Below, in pieces: positions 46,300-56,723 of a stretch of DNA of 64,000 nucleotides (its first letter is position 1; every line of letters begins with the position of its first letter). The notes beneath the pieces are model-generated. The model did not search any database and was not told the DNA's origin. It worked only from the letters and a program-made list of their open reading frames with translations. The position numbers and the translations under genes are program-made. The stretch comes from Alphaproteobacteria bacterium (GTDB lineage Bacteria > Pseudomonadota > Alphaproteobacteria > UBA6615): positions 4,166 through 68,165 of the forward strand of contig JAJFIX010000023.1 of assembly GCA_021774575.1 (NCBI GenBank). The letters run 5' to 3'.

Positions 46300-48510
46300 A
46301 TGCTCCGCCGACTTCACAATGTACCGGGTCTGTTTGCCGCCCTCTTTATCAGTGTTTTAGCTCTAAGCGGAGTTGTTCTTGCGATCTATCCGGCAGTGGA
46401 CAGGGCCGAGGCAGTGTCCGTTTCGACGAGCCAGATCAGCGCCCTCGATCTGGCCGTTCGGGTTGTTCAAAACCATCCCCAAGTTGAGCAAATCAGGCAC
46501 ACTGCGTCGGGCAAAGTCATTGTCTTTTATTTCGAGAACGGTCGCTCGGTCTCACTTATCGTTGACCCGGAAAATGGTCAATCCGTAACAGATTACGTGC
46601 CATCGGGGATCGAGCGATGGGTGACCAATTTACACCGCTCCCTCTTTCTGGGCGATGGAGGACGGATAGCGGTGGGAGCGGGAGCGCTGGCACTCTTGTT
46701 GCTGACAATATCGGGATTACAGATGACTGCGCGGCGCATGGGGGGCTGGCACAGGATTTTTCACAGGGCTCGTGGTACGGGGATGCAGCGATTGCATGTT
46801 GACCTGGGAAGGTCGGTGGTGTTCGGCCTTATGTTTTCTTCGGTTACCGCCCTTTATTTGGTGCTCGCGACATTCGAAGTGATCCCAGACGGTATGTCAC
46901 AAGGCCCGGTTTTCCCGAGCGAGGTAAATGGCGGCCCGACAATGCGGGTAGATCAGATCGGAGCCCTACATAGTGTCGGCTTGGCCGAACTGCGTGAGCT
47001 GACGTTTCCCTATCCAGGTGACCTTACCGATGTGTTCAGCATCAAAACGGCCAAGGGGGAGGGCTTTATTGACCAGGCCACGGGGCAGTTTTTGGTGTGG
47101 CAGGATCATGGTCTCGCACTTCGAATTTATGAATTTATTTATATGTTGCATACTGGACAGGGACTGTGGTGGTGGGGCCTAATCCTTGGGGCGACGGTTT
47201 TATTCATTCCAGTAATGGGGCTTACCGGGTTTTTCGTTTGGTGGCGGCGTCGCCATTCTTACCAGCGTCCGAAGCAAAACATTGCCGTGTGCGCGGCCGA
47301 CACAATCATCCTTATCGGCAGCGAAAGTGGAAGCAGTTGGGCCTTCGCTGGTACTCTACACAATGCTCTGACGGCAGCCGGGCATAAAGTGCATTGTGGC
47401 TCATTGAGCAGCTTTAAGTCGGACTATGCGTCGGCCGAACGCATGTTTATTTTGGCCGCGACCCATGGCGATGGCACCGTCCCAGAATCGGCCAAGGGAT
47501 TTCTTTCCCGTGTAAAATTGCTTGCTACACCGCCTCCATTTTCGGTGACCATACTTGGCTTTGGCGATCGTCAGTTCCCTAAATTTTGCCGGTATGCGAA
47601 AGATGTGAGCGAGACCCTGGCTAAAATGGGTTGGAAGACCTTGTTGCCTTTTGCCACCATCGATCGCCAGTCGGCGCAAGAATTCGCGCGCTGGGGGCGG
47701 AACCTGTCGCAGGTCATGGGCGAAAATTTTGCACTGGTGCATAAGCCTATACGCCCCAAATGCACGACCTTGACCCTTCATTCACGCAGTGATTATGGGG
47801 CTGAAACACAAGCGCCCACGGCCATCCTGCGGTTCTTATTGCCAGAGCGCGGACCGGCAGCGCGGCTCATTGGCCGTGCCCTGCCACGTTTTTCCGCCGG
47901 CGATTTGGTCAGTATCTTGCCGCCCAACAGCGATGTGCCGCGGGACTATTCTCTGGCCTCTTCGAGGAATGAAGGGATGCTGGAAATATGCGTGCGCAAG
48001 CATCCTGACGGGTTGTGCTCCACCCATCTGCATGATTTGCAGCCGGGTGATACGACCCAGGCTTTTATCAAACGCAATCTCGGATTTCGGCCAGCTCCGG
48101 GTCGGAAATCGGTGATCTTAATCGGCGCGGGCACGGGTGTGGGTCCGCTGGCGGGCTTTATCCGCGATAACACGTCGCTTCGCCCGATGCATCTATATTT
48201 TGGCGTGCGCGATCGGACTTCGGATTTTCTCTACGGCGACGACTTTGACAAATGGCTAGCCGACAAACGACTGACCAGTCTCAACACAGCCTCCTCGCGC
48301 GCTCCCGACCATAGCTATGTGCAGGACCGCTTGCTGCAAGATGCGGATCATTTGCGCGTCCTGATCGCGAAGGGGGCCCAGATCATGGTTTGCGGCGGGC
48401 GAGATATGGCCGCAGGCGTGTTGGAGGCGCTGAATGACGTTCTGGCTCCGATAGGTATGGAGCCGGCAACACTCAAAATTCAGGGAAGGTATCTTGAAGA
48501 TGTTTACTAA
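46300..48510 (+). CDS. PepSY-associated TM protein fused to flavodoxin-like and FAD/NAD(P)H-binding (sulfite reductase flavoprotein / CPR-like) domains
   Basis: The N-terminal ~330 aa has PepSY_TM-like helices. A flavodoxin-like block follows (TIILIGSESGSSWAFAGTL). The FNR-type motifs RDYSLAS and VILIGAGTGVGPLAGF are present, and the protein ends with the C-terminal YLEDVY. Confidence 0.85.
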   Translation: MLRRLHNVPGLFAALFISVLALSGVVLAIYPAVDRAEAVSVSTSQISALDLAVRVVQNHPQVEQIRHTASGKVIVFYFENGRSVSLIVDPENGQSVTDYVPSGIERWVTNLHRSLFLGDGGRIAVGAGALALLLLTISGLQMTARRMGGWHRIFHRARGTGMQRLHVDLGRSVVFGLMFSSVTALYLVLATFEVIPDGMSQGPVFPSEVNGGPTMRVDQIGALHSVGLAELRELTFPYPGDLTDVFSIKTAKGEGFIDQATGQFLVWQDHGLALRIYEFIYMLHTGQGLWWWGLILGATVLFIPVMGLTGFFVWWRRRHSYQRPKQNIAVCAADTIILIGSESGSSWAFAGTLHNALTAAGHKVHCGSLSSFKSDYASAERMFILAATHGDGTVPESAKGFLSRVKLLATPPPFSVTILGFGDRQFPKFCRYAKDVSETLAKMGWKTLLPFATIDRQSAQEFARWGRNLSQVMGENFALVHKPIRPKCTTLTLHSRSDYGAETQAPTAILRFLLPERGPAARLIGRALPRFSAGDLVSILPPNSDVPRDYSLASSRNEGMLEICVRKHPDGLCSTHLHDLQPGDTTQAFIKRNLGFRPAPGRKSVILIGAGTGVGPLAGFIRDNTSLRPMHLYFGVRDRTSDFLYGDDFDKWLADKRLTSLNTASSRAPDHSYVQDRLLQDADHLRVLIAKGAQIMVCGGRDMAAGVLEALNDVLAPIGMEPATLKIQGRYLEDVY

Positions 48511-48511
48511 C

Positions 48512-49516
48512 ATGAAACGCCACGCATTGAACGGGGAGACGATGGGAACCCGTTGGTTCGTTCTGGTTTATGCCCCAGCGACGACGGATATTGAGGCTCT
48601 TGAGATCGCCCTCGCCGCCGCGGTGGGTCGGGTGGATAATCAAATGTCTACGTGGAAGCTCGATAGCGACCTGATGCGCCTAAACGCGACGCCTCCGGGC
48701 CAATGGATCTCGCTGCCGCCGGAATTGACCTTTGTGTTGGCCAAAGGATTGGAAATTGGACGAGCCTCGGGTGGCGCCTTCGATATTGGACTAGGTGATC
48801 TCGTCAATGCGTGGGGTTTTGGTCCCGCTAGGAATGCACCCGACCCGGCGGCAATTCAGTCCTGCCTTGGTCGGGTACGATCACCGACCCACGAACTTCT
48901 GGAACTCGATAGGGCATCGTGCCGAGCGCGTATGAGTGCGCCGGTGCAGATCGATTTGTCGGGCATTGCCAAAGGTTTCGGCGTGGATGAGATGGTACGG
49001 GTTTTAGAGAGCTTTTCCATTGAAAACGCATTGGTCGGTCTTGACGGCGAACTCAAAGCCTTAGGTGCAAAACCAGGCGGCACGCCTTGGGCGGTGGCGG
49101 TTGAAAAACCTGACTATGACCGTCGGAGTCCGATGGGGGTGGTCGCGCTGCAAAACTCAGCCATCGCAACCTCGGGTGACTATCGCCATTGGGTCGATGT
49201 CGGCGCGACACGTTTGTCCCACACAATGGTGCTGTCGCGCGGCGGTCCGGTAAATAACGCAATAGCCTCGGTGACGGTATTAACCGCGGACTGTGTTGAC
49301 GCCGATGCCTGGGCAACAGCGTTGCTTGTGCTGGGCGAGTCCGAGGGCGCCAAACTTGCCGAAAAAAACAAATTGGAGGCGCTGATCGTCTCTCGAACCA
49401 GCACCGGTCTGCATAAAGTATGTGTCGGCCCGGTATGGCAAGAATCACAGCCAAAGTTAGCTATGCTGGGTACCGTCGTGAGTTCAATGTTGAAGCTCGG
49501 ACGCGCCGAAATTTGA
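48512..49516 (+). CDS. apbE: ApbE-family FAD:protein FMN transferase
   Basis: Contains GETMGTRWFVLVYAP, AFDIGLGDLVNAWGFG, DLSGIAKGFGVD, AIATSGDYRHW and DADAWATAL. I prefer the start at 48512, just after the upstream stop, but TTG 48494 and ATG 48500 are possible. Confidence 0.85.
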   Translation: MKRHALNGETMGTRWFVLVYAPATTDIEALEIALAAAVGRVDNQMSTWKLDSDLMRLNATPPGQWISLPPELTFVLAKGLEIGRASGGAFDIGLGDLVNAWGFGPARNAPDPAAIQSCLGRVRSPTHELLELDRASCRARMSAPVQIDLSGIAKGFGVDEMVRVLESFSIENALVGLDGELKALGAKPGGTPWAVAVEKPDYDRRSPMGVVALQNSAIATSGDYRHWVDVGATRLSHTMVLSRGGPVNNAIASVTVLTADCVDADAWATALLVLGESEGAKLAEKNKLEALIVSRTSTGLHKVCVGPVWQESQPKLAMLGTVVSSMLKLGRAEI

Positions 49517-49641
49517 GGCAATTTGGCCGAAAAAACTCAAAAGGCGCGCCGAATAAGAGGGCAATGTGAGGTATTGCTGTCGGGCAGATTGACGGGGGTT
49601 TGTTTATGGGAGTACATGAATAGCGTTTGAGGACTTAGGGT

Positions 49642-51018
49642 GTGTTCGTGAAGGAATTTTGGACCATACGAGGTTGGGGCTTCGTCGTCGGAGCCTGTGT
49701 TTTTATTTTTGCCGCCCACATGTTTTACGGTGCGAATACGAACGCTTTGTCGATGATATTTGCCGCCGCCGCTTATATCTTGTGCGGTCTCGCATTTGCG
49801 CTGACATTTCGGGTGGAAAGCAACGAATTTTTGGTGCGCCATCGCGTCTTGATGTTGCTGTTTCTATTCATTCTCGTTGCTGGTTTTTTGCAGCTTACGC
49901 CATTTGGAATCGGTGGTCCCCATCCGCTCTGGCTTAACCTTGATGGGCCTTCGGCGGTGACCCTTGACCGGGATGCAACTCAACGCGCGTTGCGCCATTT
50001 CGGCGCTGTGGGAGCGGTATTTCTATTCGGCGCGGCACTGGCTGCCGATTCTCGCCGTGCCCGTCTCTTCTTCCAGGTGCTGATGATAGCAATTGCCGCC
50101 TATTCGATCTGGGCGTTCGCGGCGTTTATGCTGGACACTGGGGCGTTATATGGTGTCGAGCGACCGTACCATCGTGGTCGGCTCGCTGCTAGTTTTCTAT
50201 CGGCCAATAGCGCGGCGACATTGTTTGGGACTTTCGGGGTGCTGGCAATGGCGGAAATTCTTCAAGCGCTTCGATATCGGGACGGGCGCGCCGCAACGCG
50301 CGCCGCAATAATCGAGATCCGCTTGCGTCGCGCGGCTTTGCCCGTAATCGCCCTGGCCTTTGCGATGACGTGCCTAGCATTGACCGCTTCGCGCGCGGGT
50401 ATTGCCGTTTCAGGCGCTGCATTGCTCATCCTCATCGGCTGGGAATTGCTTGGCAATAATCATCGTCGCTTGTCGTGGCGTGTTCCAGCGGCCGTTGCCG
50501 CTATCTCCGCCGGCGCTCTGCTTACTGTCACGATGCTCTCCGGCGAACTTGCGGTATCACGGTTTGGCGAAATCGAGACCACTTTGTCCGGGCGCACCCA
50601 ACTCTTTGAAGCTCATTGGGGGGCATTTAAGCAGGCACCGTGGTCCGGCCAGGGGCTGGGTACGTTTCACGTTATCAATCAATTAATCCAGACTTCAAAT
50701 AACTGGCAAAATCTAAATTTTAGCGGCGCAACCCACAACGTTTTCATCCAAGCGCTGGAGGAAGGCGGCGTTCTTATTGCACTACCGCTATTTGCCTTGG
50801 TCGGCCTCATACTGATCCAAATTTTTTACGGGATCGGGCGCCGTCGGCGCATGGCGGGCCGACTGCGCGCTATATTGATCTTCGGTTTTGTGGTGATTGG
50901 CCATGGGACCGTTGATTACGCACTTGAGGTGCCGTCGATTGCTTTGTATTGGGCTTTGCTGCTGGGAGTAGGGGCTGGTTTGGCCGTGGCACGATCAAAG
51001 TCTAGGTCGCCGCGCTAG
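49642..51018 (+). CDS. O-antigen ligase / polymerase-like (Wzy_C domain) membrane protein, ExoQ-like
   Basis: About 11 predicted TM segments. LALTASRAGIAVSGAALL motif region and a periplasmic loop with GQGLGTF. GTG start with GAGGA upstream. Confidence 0.7.
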   Translation: MFVKEFWTIRGWGFVVGACVFIFAAHMFYGANTNALSMIFAAAAYILCGLAFALTFRVESNEFLVRHRVLMLLFLFILVAGFLQLTPFGIGGPHPLWLNLDGPSAVTLDRDATQRALRHFGAVGAVFLFGAALAADSRRARLFFQVLMIAIAAYSIWAFAAFMLDTGALYGVERPYHRGRLAASFLSANSAATLFGTFGVLAMAEILQALRYRDGRAATRAAIIEIRLRRAALPVIALAFAMTCLALTASRAGIAVSGAALLILIGWELLGNNHRRLSWRVPAAVAAISAGALLTVTMLSGELAVSRFGEIETTLSGRTQLFEAHWGAFKQAPWSGQGLGTFHVINQLIQTSNNWQNLNFSGATHNVFIQALEEGGVLIALPLFALVGLILIQIFYGIGRRRRMAGRLRAILIFGFVVIGHGTVDYALEVPSIALYWALLLGVGAGLAVARSKSRSPR

Positions 51019-51693
51019 TTACCGGCGAGGGACAAAATTTGTTCCCAAAACTTGTTCGATGGCCTCAATCGCGCCGTCCTCGGCTCGCCGGTTTTCAAGG
51101 CGTGCTAGCAGCTCCGTCAGCCAATTGCGACCCCATGCCGTTGTGCCAAAATTACGCAGCGACCGACGTGCAGCTAATTGTAGGTTGTCGTCAAGGTCTT
51201 GCCACAAGCTTAAGGTAAATTCGATTCGCCATTGTTGAAAGGACAGGTTGCCGTAGGGGATGGTATCAAATGAGTGCCGTAATGCATCTTGGCCCATGGA
51301 GCCCAGTCGCCCGGCTTGGATCGTATTGACATAGGCGAGGCGAGCCCAGGCGTCACCTTGTGCAGGGTTGCGAGCTAGACCAGCATAGCTCTCTGTGCGT
51401 ATACGATCAAAATCCAGTGGACGTTCGGTGAGTGCCAGACGGGCGGCCTGATGATGTAATCTTCCGGTTTCGCGTCGGTCGACTAGTAATTCTCGAGCCT
51501 CGGTGAGCGCGGTGGCTCTGGCTATATCTGACGGGGCCTCTGTGGCCCGGGAAAGCGCTGCGTCAACCTTATCGGCCCGAAGATCCCACCGGCCATAGTT
51601 CGCGGTAGAAATTGCGGCGAGAAAACATAGCATGGGTAATACCCAATGCAGCAGGCCAATTAGTGGCCCATTAAATTTCAGTTGCCGCCTCAT
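51019..51693 (-). CDS. hypothetical membrane-anchored protein, translationally coupled to the BY-kinase gene
   Basis: An N-terminal TM (LIGLLHWVLPMLCFLAAI) is followed by an alpha-helical-looking soluble part. ATGA overlap with the upstream stop. I recognise no family. Confidence 0.55.
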   Translation of the reverse strand: MRRQLKFNGPLIGLLHWVLPMLCFLAAISTANYGRWDLRADKVDAALSRATEAPSDIARATALTEARELLVDRRETGRLHHQAARLALTERPLDFDRIRTESYAGLARNPAQGDAWARLAYVNTIQAGRLGSMGQDALRHSFDTIPYGNLSFQQWRIEFTLSLWQDLDDNLQLAARRSLRNFGTTAWGRNWLTELLARLENRRAEDGAIEAIEQVLGTNFVPRR

Positions 51694-53993
51694 CCTTCGG
51701 CATAATAGTTTTTATAACTATTGTAGAAATATCCGGTATCGCCATTTCCGTATCTTCCCTGTGCGTCCATATCGACAAGGCTCAAGGCAACGCCGGCAAT
51801 CGGAGCGTGGGCGGCGGTTAAGATGTCGACCGCCGATTTGACTGCTTTGCGGTGAGTCTTATTCCATCGCGCCAACATGATTACGGCGTCAGCGGTGGCG
51901 GCGAGAGTACGGGTTTCTGTGACCGCCAACAACGGCGCCGTATCGATGACAATAAAATCGTAGCGCGTTCGCAATTGCGCCTGCAGCGATTGCATTTGGT
52001 CGGATCCAAAGACATCCCGCGGCGTCTGATGCGCTGACGCAACCGGAAGAATATCAAGGCCGGTTTTTGGGTCGGTGATCAGGGCATTGTCCAATGGAAT
52101 TTCGCCGGCAAGGACTTCCAGCAGTCCAAACTTGCGTTGCTCACCTATATTTTGGGTGAGGATATGTCGACGTAAGTCGCAGTCGAGCAAGATGGTCTTT
52201 GCCCCGAGCAACTGAGATATCTGGGCCAAACAGTGTGCCGCAGCGGTCTTGCCCTCGTTCGGCAGAGCCGAGGTTACGATAACTGTTTTTGTTTCCCGGT
52301 CTAGATTGGAATAGGTGACTGAGGCGCGCAGCGCCCGGAATGCCTCTGCAAAACCCGAGAGTGGGACTTCAGCAATATAGTCGGCCGGTTGGCGTCCACT
52401 GGCACGCTCCTTCGGCAATTTGGGGATAGAGGTTAACAACGGCATGCCAAGTTCGCGTTCGACGTCTTCTGCTCCACGTAACCCTGTTTCCAGCATTTCG
52501 GCGATGAAAACGGCGCTCGTGCCCGCCATGCCAGCAAGCATGAGAGCCAGCAAACCGGCGAGACTCAAGCTCGGGAAACTCGGATTTATCGGAATTGATG
52601 CCCGAGAAATGATGCGGGCATCGGCTTGTTGGAGGCTCGCAGCCTCGTTGGTTTGCTTGAAACGGGTTAGGAAGGAATCATACAATGCGCGGTCGGTCTC
52701 TGCCTCGCGCTGCAGTTCACGCAACCTTACCATCGCCGTGTTGTTGCGAATTAACTCGCCGCGCTGGTTTTCAACGCTTGACTCAAGAGAGGATAATTGT
52801 TGACGGGCGACACTAACTTCACTTTCCAGCCCGGAGACGATCCGCCTGATTTCACGATTGAGCGCCGTTCCCAAGTCGGCAATTTCGCGCTGAACCCGTT
52901 GTATTTCCGGGTGTCGATCGCCATAACGGCTCGACAAATCTGCTTTTTCACGCAGAACTTCCGATTGCTGATTGCGCAAATCTCGAACGACGTCTGATGA
53001 CAGGACTTCAATGACCGCTTCGCCATTGCCGCCACCGCTGAGCTGGCGGCGCGCGGCGGCTAACCGTGCTTCGCGCTCGGTAAGGTCAGCCCGCAATATG
53101 ATCAATTGCCCGTTTAAATCGATGATTTGTTGTTGGGTTAGTGTGGTTCCATTGGCATCAAGCAGGCCTTCTTCGGCGCGATAGAGTTCAACGGCGCGTT
53201 CGCCAGCTTGAACGCGCTCAGCTAGGTTGCCGAGCCGGTCGCTAAGCCAATTATTGGCGAGTTCAGTCGCCTCGAATTGGGCCTCCAACTGGTCGACGAG
53301 ATAGAGATCCGCCAGCCCGTTGGCCAGCAGGGCAGCCTGTTCTGAACGTTCGCTTTTAACCGAGACCAGGATGACATGAGTGAGGCCTGATCGCCTGACC
53401 TCCACCGCATTGCGTAGCGTATTGATCGTTGATTCGCGCTCGGTCCGCAGCATATCTTCTGGTGTTTGGAGCTGTTGCGCTTCTGATGGCACCAGGGCGC
53501 GCAGCAATCCGAAAACGGCTGAGCCGGCGTTGCGAATCCAGGACAGGGGACCATTGCTCTCATCGCTAACTTGGCTATTCCATTCGCCATCTGCCATCAA
53601 ATCAAGGTCCTCAACCAACCGTGCGGCCAGGGCGTGGGACCCAATAATTTGAACTTCTGTATCGACCACCGCCGAGTCCGGTGGCAAGCCGGAAAGCACC
53701 GATTCGATATCGACAACCTGCTGCTGTCGCGGGTCAACGATGAGTTCGACGGTGCCCGTATATATCGGCGTCAACTGTAGAATGATCAATATGGCGAGTG
53801 AAAAGACTGCACCTGAAACGATCGCGGCCAGAGTTAAACGGCGACGCGCGATTGCTATGAGCTGGTGCAAATCGATGAAATTTGGAACAGCTGACGGCAT
53901 CGACGAGTAACTATTGGCCGGTTCGGTTGTGCCCGATACACCGGCGGCTTCTCGATTGACTGGCTGTTGGCTCATCGGGCGCCTATCTGTCAT
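51690..53993 (-). CDS. polysaccharide co-polymerase / tyrosine autokinase (Wzc/ExoP/GumC family)
   Basis: Wzz-like N-domain with a long coiled-coil periplasmic region and a second TM. Walker A VTSALPNEGKT, Walker B-like FIVIDTAP, and the Tyr-rich tail GRYGNGDTGYFYNSYKNYYAEG. Confidence 0.9.
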   Translation of the reverse strand: MTDRRPMSQQPVNREAAGVSGTTEPANSYSSMPSAVPNFIDLHQLIAIARRRLTLAAIVSGAVFSLAILIILQLTPIYTGTVELIVDPRQQQVVDIESVLSGLPPDSAVVDTEVQIIGSHALAARLVEDLDLMADGEWNSQVSDESNGPLSWIRNAGSAVFGLLRALVPSEAQQLQTPEDMLRTERESTINTLRNAVEVRRSGLTHVILVSVKSERSEQAALLANGLADLYLVDQLEAQFEATELANNWLSDRLGNLAERVQAGERAVELYRAEEGLLDANGTTLTQQQIIDLNGQLIILRADLTEREARLAAARRQLSGGGNGEAVIEVLSSDVVRDLRNQQSEVLREKADLSSRYGDRHPEIQRVQREIADLGTALNREIRRIVSGLESEVSVARQQLSSLESSVENQRGELIRNNTAMVRLRELQREAETDRALYDSFLTRFKQTNEAASLQQADARIISRASIPINPSFPSLSLAGLLALMLAGMAGTSAVFIAEMLETGLRGAEDVERELGMPLLTSIPKLPKERASGRQPADYIAEVPLSGFAEAFRALRASVTYSNLDRETKTVIVTSALPNEGKTAAAHCLAQISQLLGAKTILLDCDLRRHILTQNIGEQRKFGLLEVLAGEIPLDNALITDPKTGLDILPVASAHQTPRDVFGSDQMQSLQAQLRTRYDFIVIDTAPLLAVTETRTLAATADAVIMLARWNKTHRKAVKSAVDILTAAHAPIAGVALSLVDMDAQGRYGNGDTGYFYNSYKNYYAEG

Positions 53994-54047
53994 TCGACCG
54001 ACGCATGGCCGTAAAATTAGTGGGGGAGCTAATCAAATTAGTGGAAA

Positions 54048-55616
54048 TTATAGTTTTAAAATCACCGAAAGGAGCAGGCTGTTGACCTGATGATCGGCGC
54101 CGGATAGGGCTCCGGTGGAGTTGCGTTTGGAAAAATTATACGAGGCGCCGATTTCCGTATTGCGGTTTATTAGATACTTCACACCTGTGTTCAAATTGTA
54201 ATTTATATCGTCACGATCGACGGCATCGAATTCCTCGAGAGAATAGCCAATGCCGCCGCTTATAATGAGGTTGCGTAGTAGCTCATGATCGGCATTCAGG
54301 TTCGCGTTTGTAACAAAAATACCGCCCGAACCTGGAACGCCGGAATCGGAAATTTCGCGGGAGATATTAAACGCGACGGTCGTCAATCCGGTGGGAAACC
54401 ACTCGACACCGCCACGTGCCGTGAATCCGTTCATATTGCCCAGAGACGCGCCTTCGAAGCGCTGGCTGGTATAGCCAACGGACAACTCGCCCCGTACCAA
54501 ATTTGAAATATCGAAGGTCGATCCGACGAGGATTTCATAACCCCATGAATCACGATCAAGGGGAACCGTCGGTGGTTGCAAATCGTAAGACCGCTCGTTC
54601 CAACCCAAATCGACGAAAACGGATGTATCGGGACTGACCGCATATTCGTTGCGCAGTCCTGCGGAAAGGACATAACGATCTCGGTCGTCCTGGTCGACCG
54701 CCACACCGGTGCTTGTCACCCCATCGTCATAATTATAGGTCATGAATTCAAAACGCCCGGCAAAACGTAAGCGATTGAGTTCCTGGGATGCTGCGGCGTA
54801 GGCGGTAAGTGTGTCAAATTCGGTCGGTTCGATGGTGCCGCCAGCGGAACTCGATGACGATCGCGCTTCATGGGTGAGGTCATAGCGGATACCCGCGCCC
54901 ACTGCTGTGGTGCTTGATACGTCTACCTCTCCGTCGGCAAAAAACCCATAGTCCAAATGGCTTTCATCATCGAAATCAAAGAAATGAGCATAGTCGGTGT
55001 AGGCCCCAGCTTTGAGCGAATGGCGAGACCACATTGACGCAATATCGATTTTCGGGCTGATCGTCAGGATGACGTCCCCCTCTTCGCCAAAATCGGTGGC
55101 GAAGATATTGTCATTGAATTCAAGGTCGGTGGTCAGAGACGGGTCCAGCATGAAAGAGGAAATGCGAAGACCCTTTTGGTCGAAGGCGGGGCGAGTCCGT
55201 TCGGCAACACTAACGTTGCGCGACGGGTCGCTACCGTTTGATTCAGCCCCGCGCCTTGGCCCTGCACTCTGTGCGACAATATAATTTCTCGGCCTCGATG
55301 TTGGCACAGCAACGCCGCTGCCGAGAACATGGGTATCTGCGTCGGCGGATACGGTATTTGCACTATCTGCTGTGGCGGCTTCTGCTTCGATGGCAGTGTC
55401 AGCATCTGAAACGGGCACTGTACGGGGCTGCTCAGGGGATTCGATTGACGCTACAGTAGCGCCGTCCACTTCATGCATCGCCTTATATGCCGGGTGATCG
55501 TACCAGGTTCCGCGAAAAATTTCCGCAGAGGCGGAGGCCGACAGGCCAGATATTCCAACGGCAGCCACACAAAACCCGGTCGCTAAACCAAATCCAATCA
55601 AACATTTGTCACGCAT
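54048..55616 (-). CDS. putative outer-membrane beta-barrel protein associated with polysaccharide export
   Basis: Signal MRDKCLIGFGLATGFCVAAVGISGLSASASA. The C-terminal ~380 aa has alternating-residue beta-strand patterns with aromatic girdles (e.g. IGASYNFSKRNS, NSLLLSVILKL). The family assignment (BBP2/OmpL-like) is an inference. Confidence 0.6.
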   Translation of the reverse strand: MRDKCLIGFGLATGFCVAAVGISGLSASASAEIFRGTWYDHPAYKAMHEVDGATVASIESPEQPRTVPVSDADTAIEAEAATADSANTVSADADTHVLGSGVAVPTSRPRNYIVAQSAGPRRGAESNGSDPSRNVSVAERTRPAFDQKGLRISSFMLDPSLTTDLEFNDNIFATDFGEEGDVILTISPKIDIASMWSRHSLKAGAYTDYAHFFDFDDESHLDYGFFADGEVDVSSTTAVGAGIRYDLTHEARSSSSSAGGTIEPTEFDTLTAYAAASQELNRLRFAGRFEFMTYNYDDGVTSTGVAVDQDDRDRYVLSAGLRNEYAVSPDTSVFVDLGWNERSYDLQPPTVPLDRDSWGYEILVGSTFDISNLVRGELSVGYTSQRFEGASLGNMNGFTARGGVEWFPTGLTTVAFNISREISDSGVPGSGGIFVTNANLNADHELLRNLIISGGIGYSLEEFDAVDRDDINYNLNTGVKYLINRNTEIGASYNFSKRNSTGALSGADHQVNSLLLSVILKL

Positions 55617-55829
55617 ATAATACGAACTCCACGAACTGCTACTGCTTCAAAATCAATTACGTAATGCCCAATGTGACACCATTTTGCCAGTAATTTTTTA
55701 AAATTTAGCTGGCTGGGAACAAGGAACTCTTGCGTATTTAACACAGGGTTGGAAGTTATTGCAACTTTTGGATTTAACGGAATTATTAGGTGTTACTAAT
55801 GCGGGAGTTAAGGGTGTCTTTGGAACTCT

Positions 55830-56075
55830 TCCGGCCTCGGCTATTTATCCGTTGCGGGTGGGTCTGTCCATTTTGGTCGGACTGATATAATTCAAGGTCG
55901 CATGCGTCCTTTACCGGTTGTATAAGATTCGATGTAGTCGAAGATTTGGCTCTTTGCTTGCTTCTGGTGGGCAAAGTTGCGGTGGAGAGGATAACCGCAT
56001 GCCTCAGAGGCTAGGTGTGTCCCGAGCAATTTAAAGCTTACCTCCAATGTCATCGGCGCGTAATTAAAGTTATGT
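55830..56075 (-). mobile_element. IS3-family transposase OrfB C-terminal remnant (stop and frameshift disrupted)
   Basis: My minus-strand translation gives ...EVSFKLLGTHL...NFAHQKQAKSQIFDYIES / (frame change) LYNR*RTHATLNYISP. This matches the conserved IS3 C-terminus (ESFFxxLKxE...AxxxIFxYIExFYNxxRxHSxLxYxSP) but is interrupted by TAA and a frameshift. Confidence 0.5.
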
Positions 56076-56264
56076 TTTTTTCCACCATTGCCTATGCATA
56101 TTAATTTTCCGGATCAGTCCCGCAGGAAGCCTTTCGTGATTATTCCCTAGGTTGTAGCCCAAGTATTTCATACCGTTACGGATTATATAGGTGGGAAGCA
56201 AATGATAGGTCTTGTGTCCGTGTAGATAAAGTAATTCGGACTTCAAATACTGTATACCTTCCTC

Positions 56265-56600
56265 TTAGGGCTTTCCAAGGGGCGCCAATACCCAGTTTTC
56301 GTATTTGTGAAAGGCGCCGATGTCAAAATGTCGCTTGAAATCCTCCCAAATAGTATGGCTGTGTGAATGGTAGATTTTCGCTTCCGTTGAATGCGCCAGG
56401 GCGTATCCGGCTAAAATCAATTTTGCACCGGCGTAGGTATCCTCCCCCAGAATCAGATTCACCCGGAGTCCGCCGGTTTCTTCGCCGCGCAAGCCATCCA
56501 GCACAGTCCGGATTTTTTCTTCCGCCGAGTATTGTTTGCGGCGGATGTCCTTGATTGCCTTGGCTGCACCCGTCTGTCGGGTCTCCGATTTCTGCCTCAT
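56265..56600 (-). pseudogene. chimeric ORF: IS3-family OrfA N-terminal fragment (56478-56600) fused to a glycosyltransferase C-terminal fragment
   Basis: MRQKSETRQTGAAKAIKDIRRKQYSAEEKIRTVLDGLRGEE is the HTH-containing N-terminus I associate with IS3-family OrfA. It is abruptly followed by ILGEDTYAGAKLILAGYALAHSTEAKIYHSHSHTIWEDFKRHFDIGAFH, which resembles the C-terminal part of rhamnan-synthesis/GT-type enzymes. Confidence 0.45.
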
Positions 56601-56723
56601 CTGCGTTCCCTTCGGTCACTACGATGAGCCAGAATTCCTCTCTTATGCAATACCGCTAATCTGTTCCATAGGCGCTGACGTCAAACAGTATGTTTCCGGT
56701 CATGTATTTCAGCATAACAATAT

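Noticed and set aside
49537-49842. A 101-aa minus-strand ORF upstream of and overlapping the O-antigen ligase-like gene.
   Set aside because: It overlaps the start of a convincing multi-TM gene on the other strand and has no motifs.
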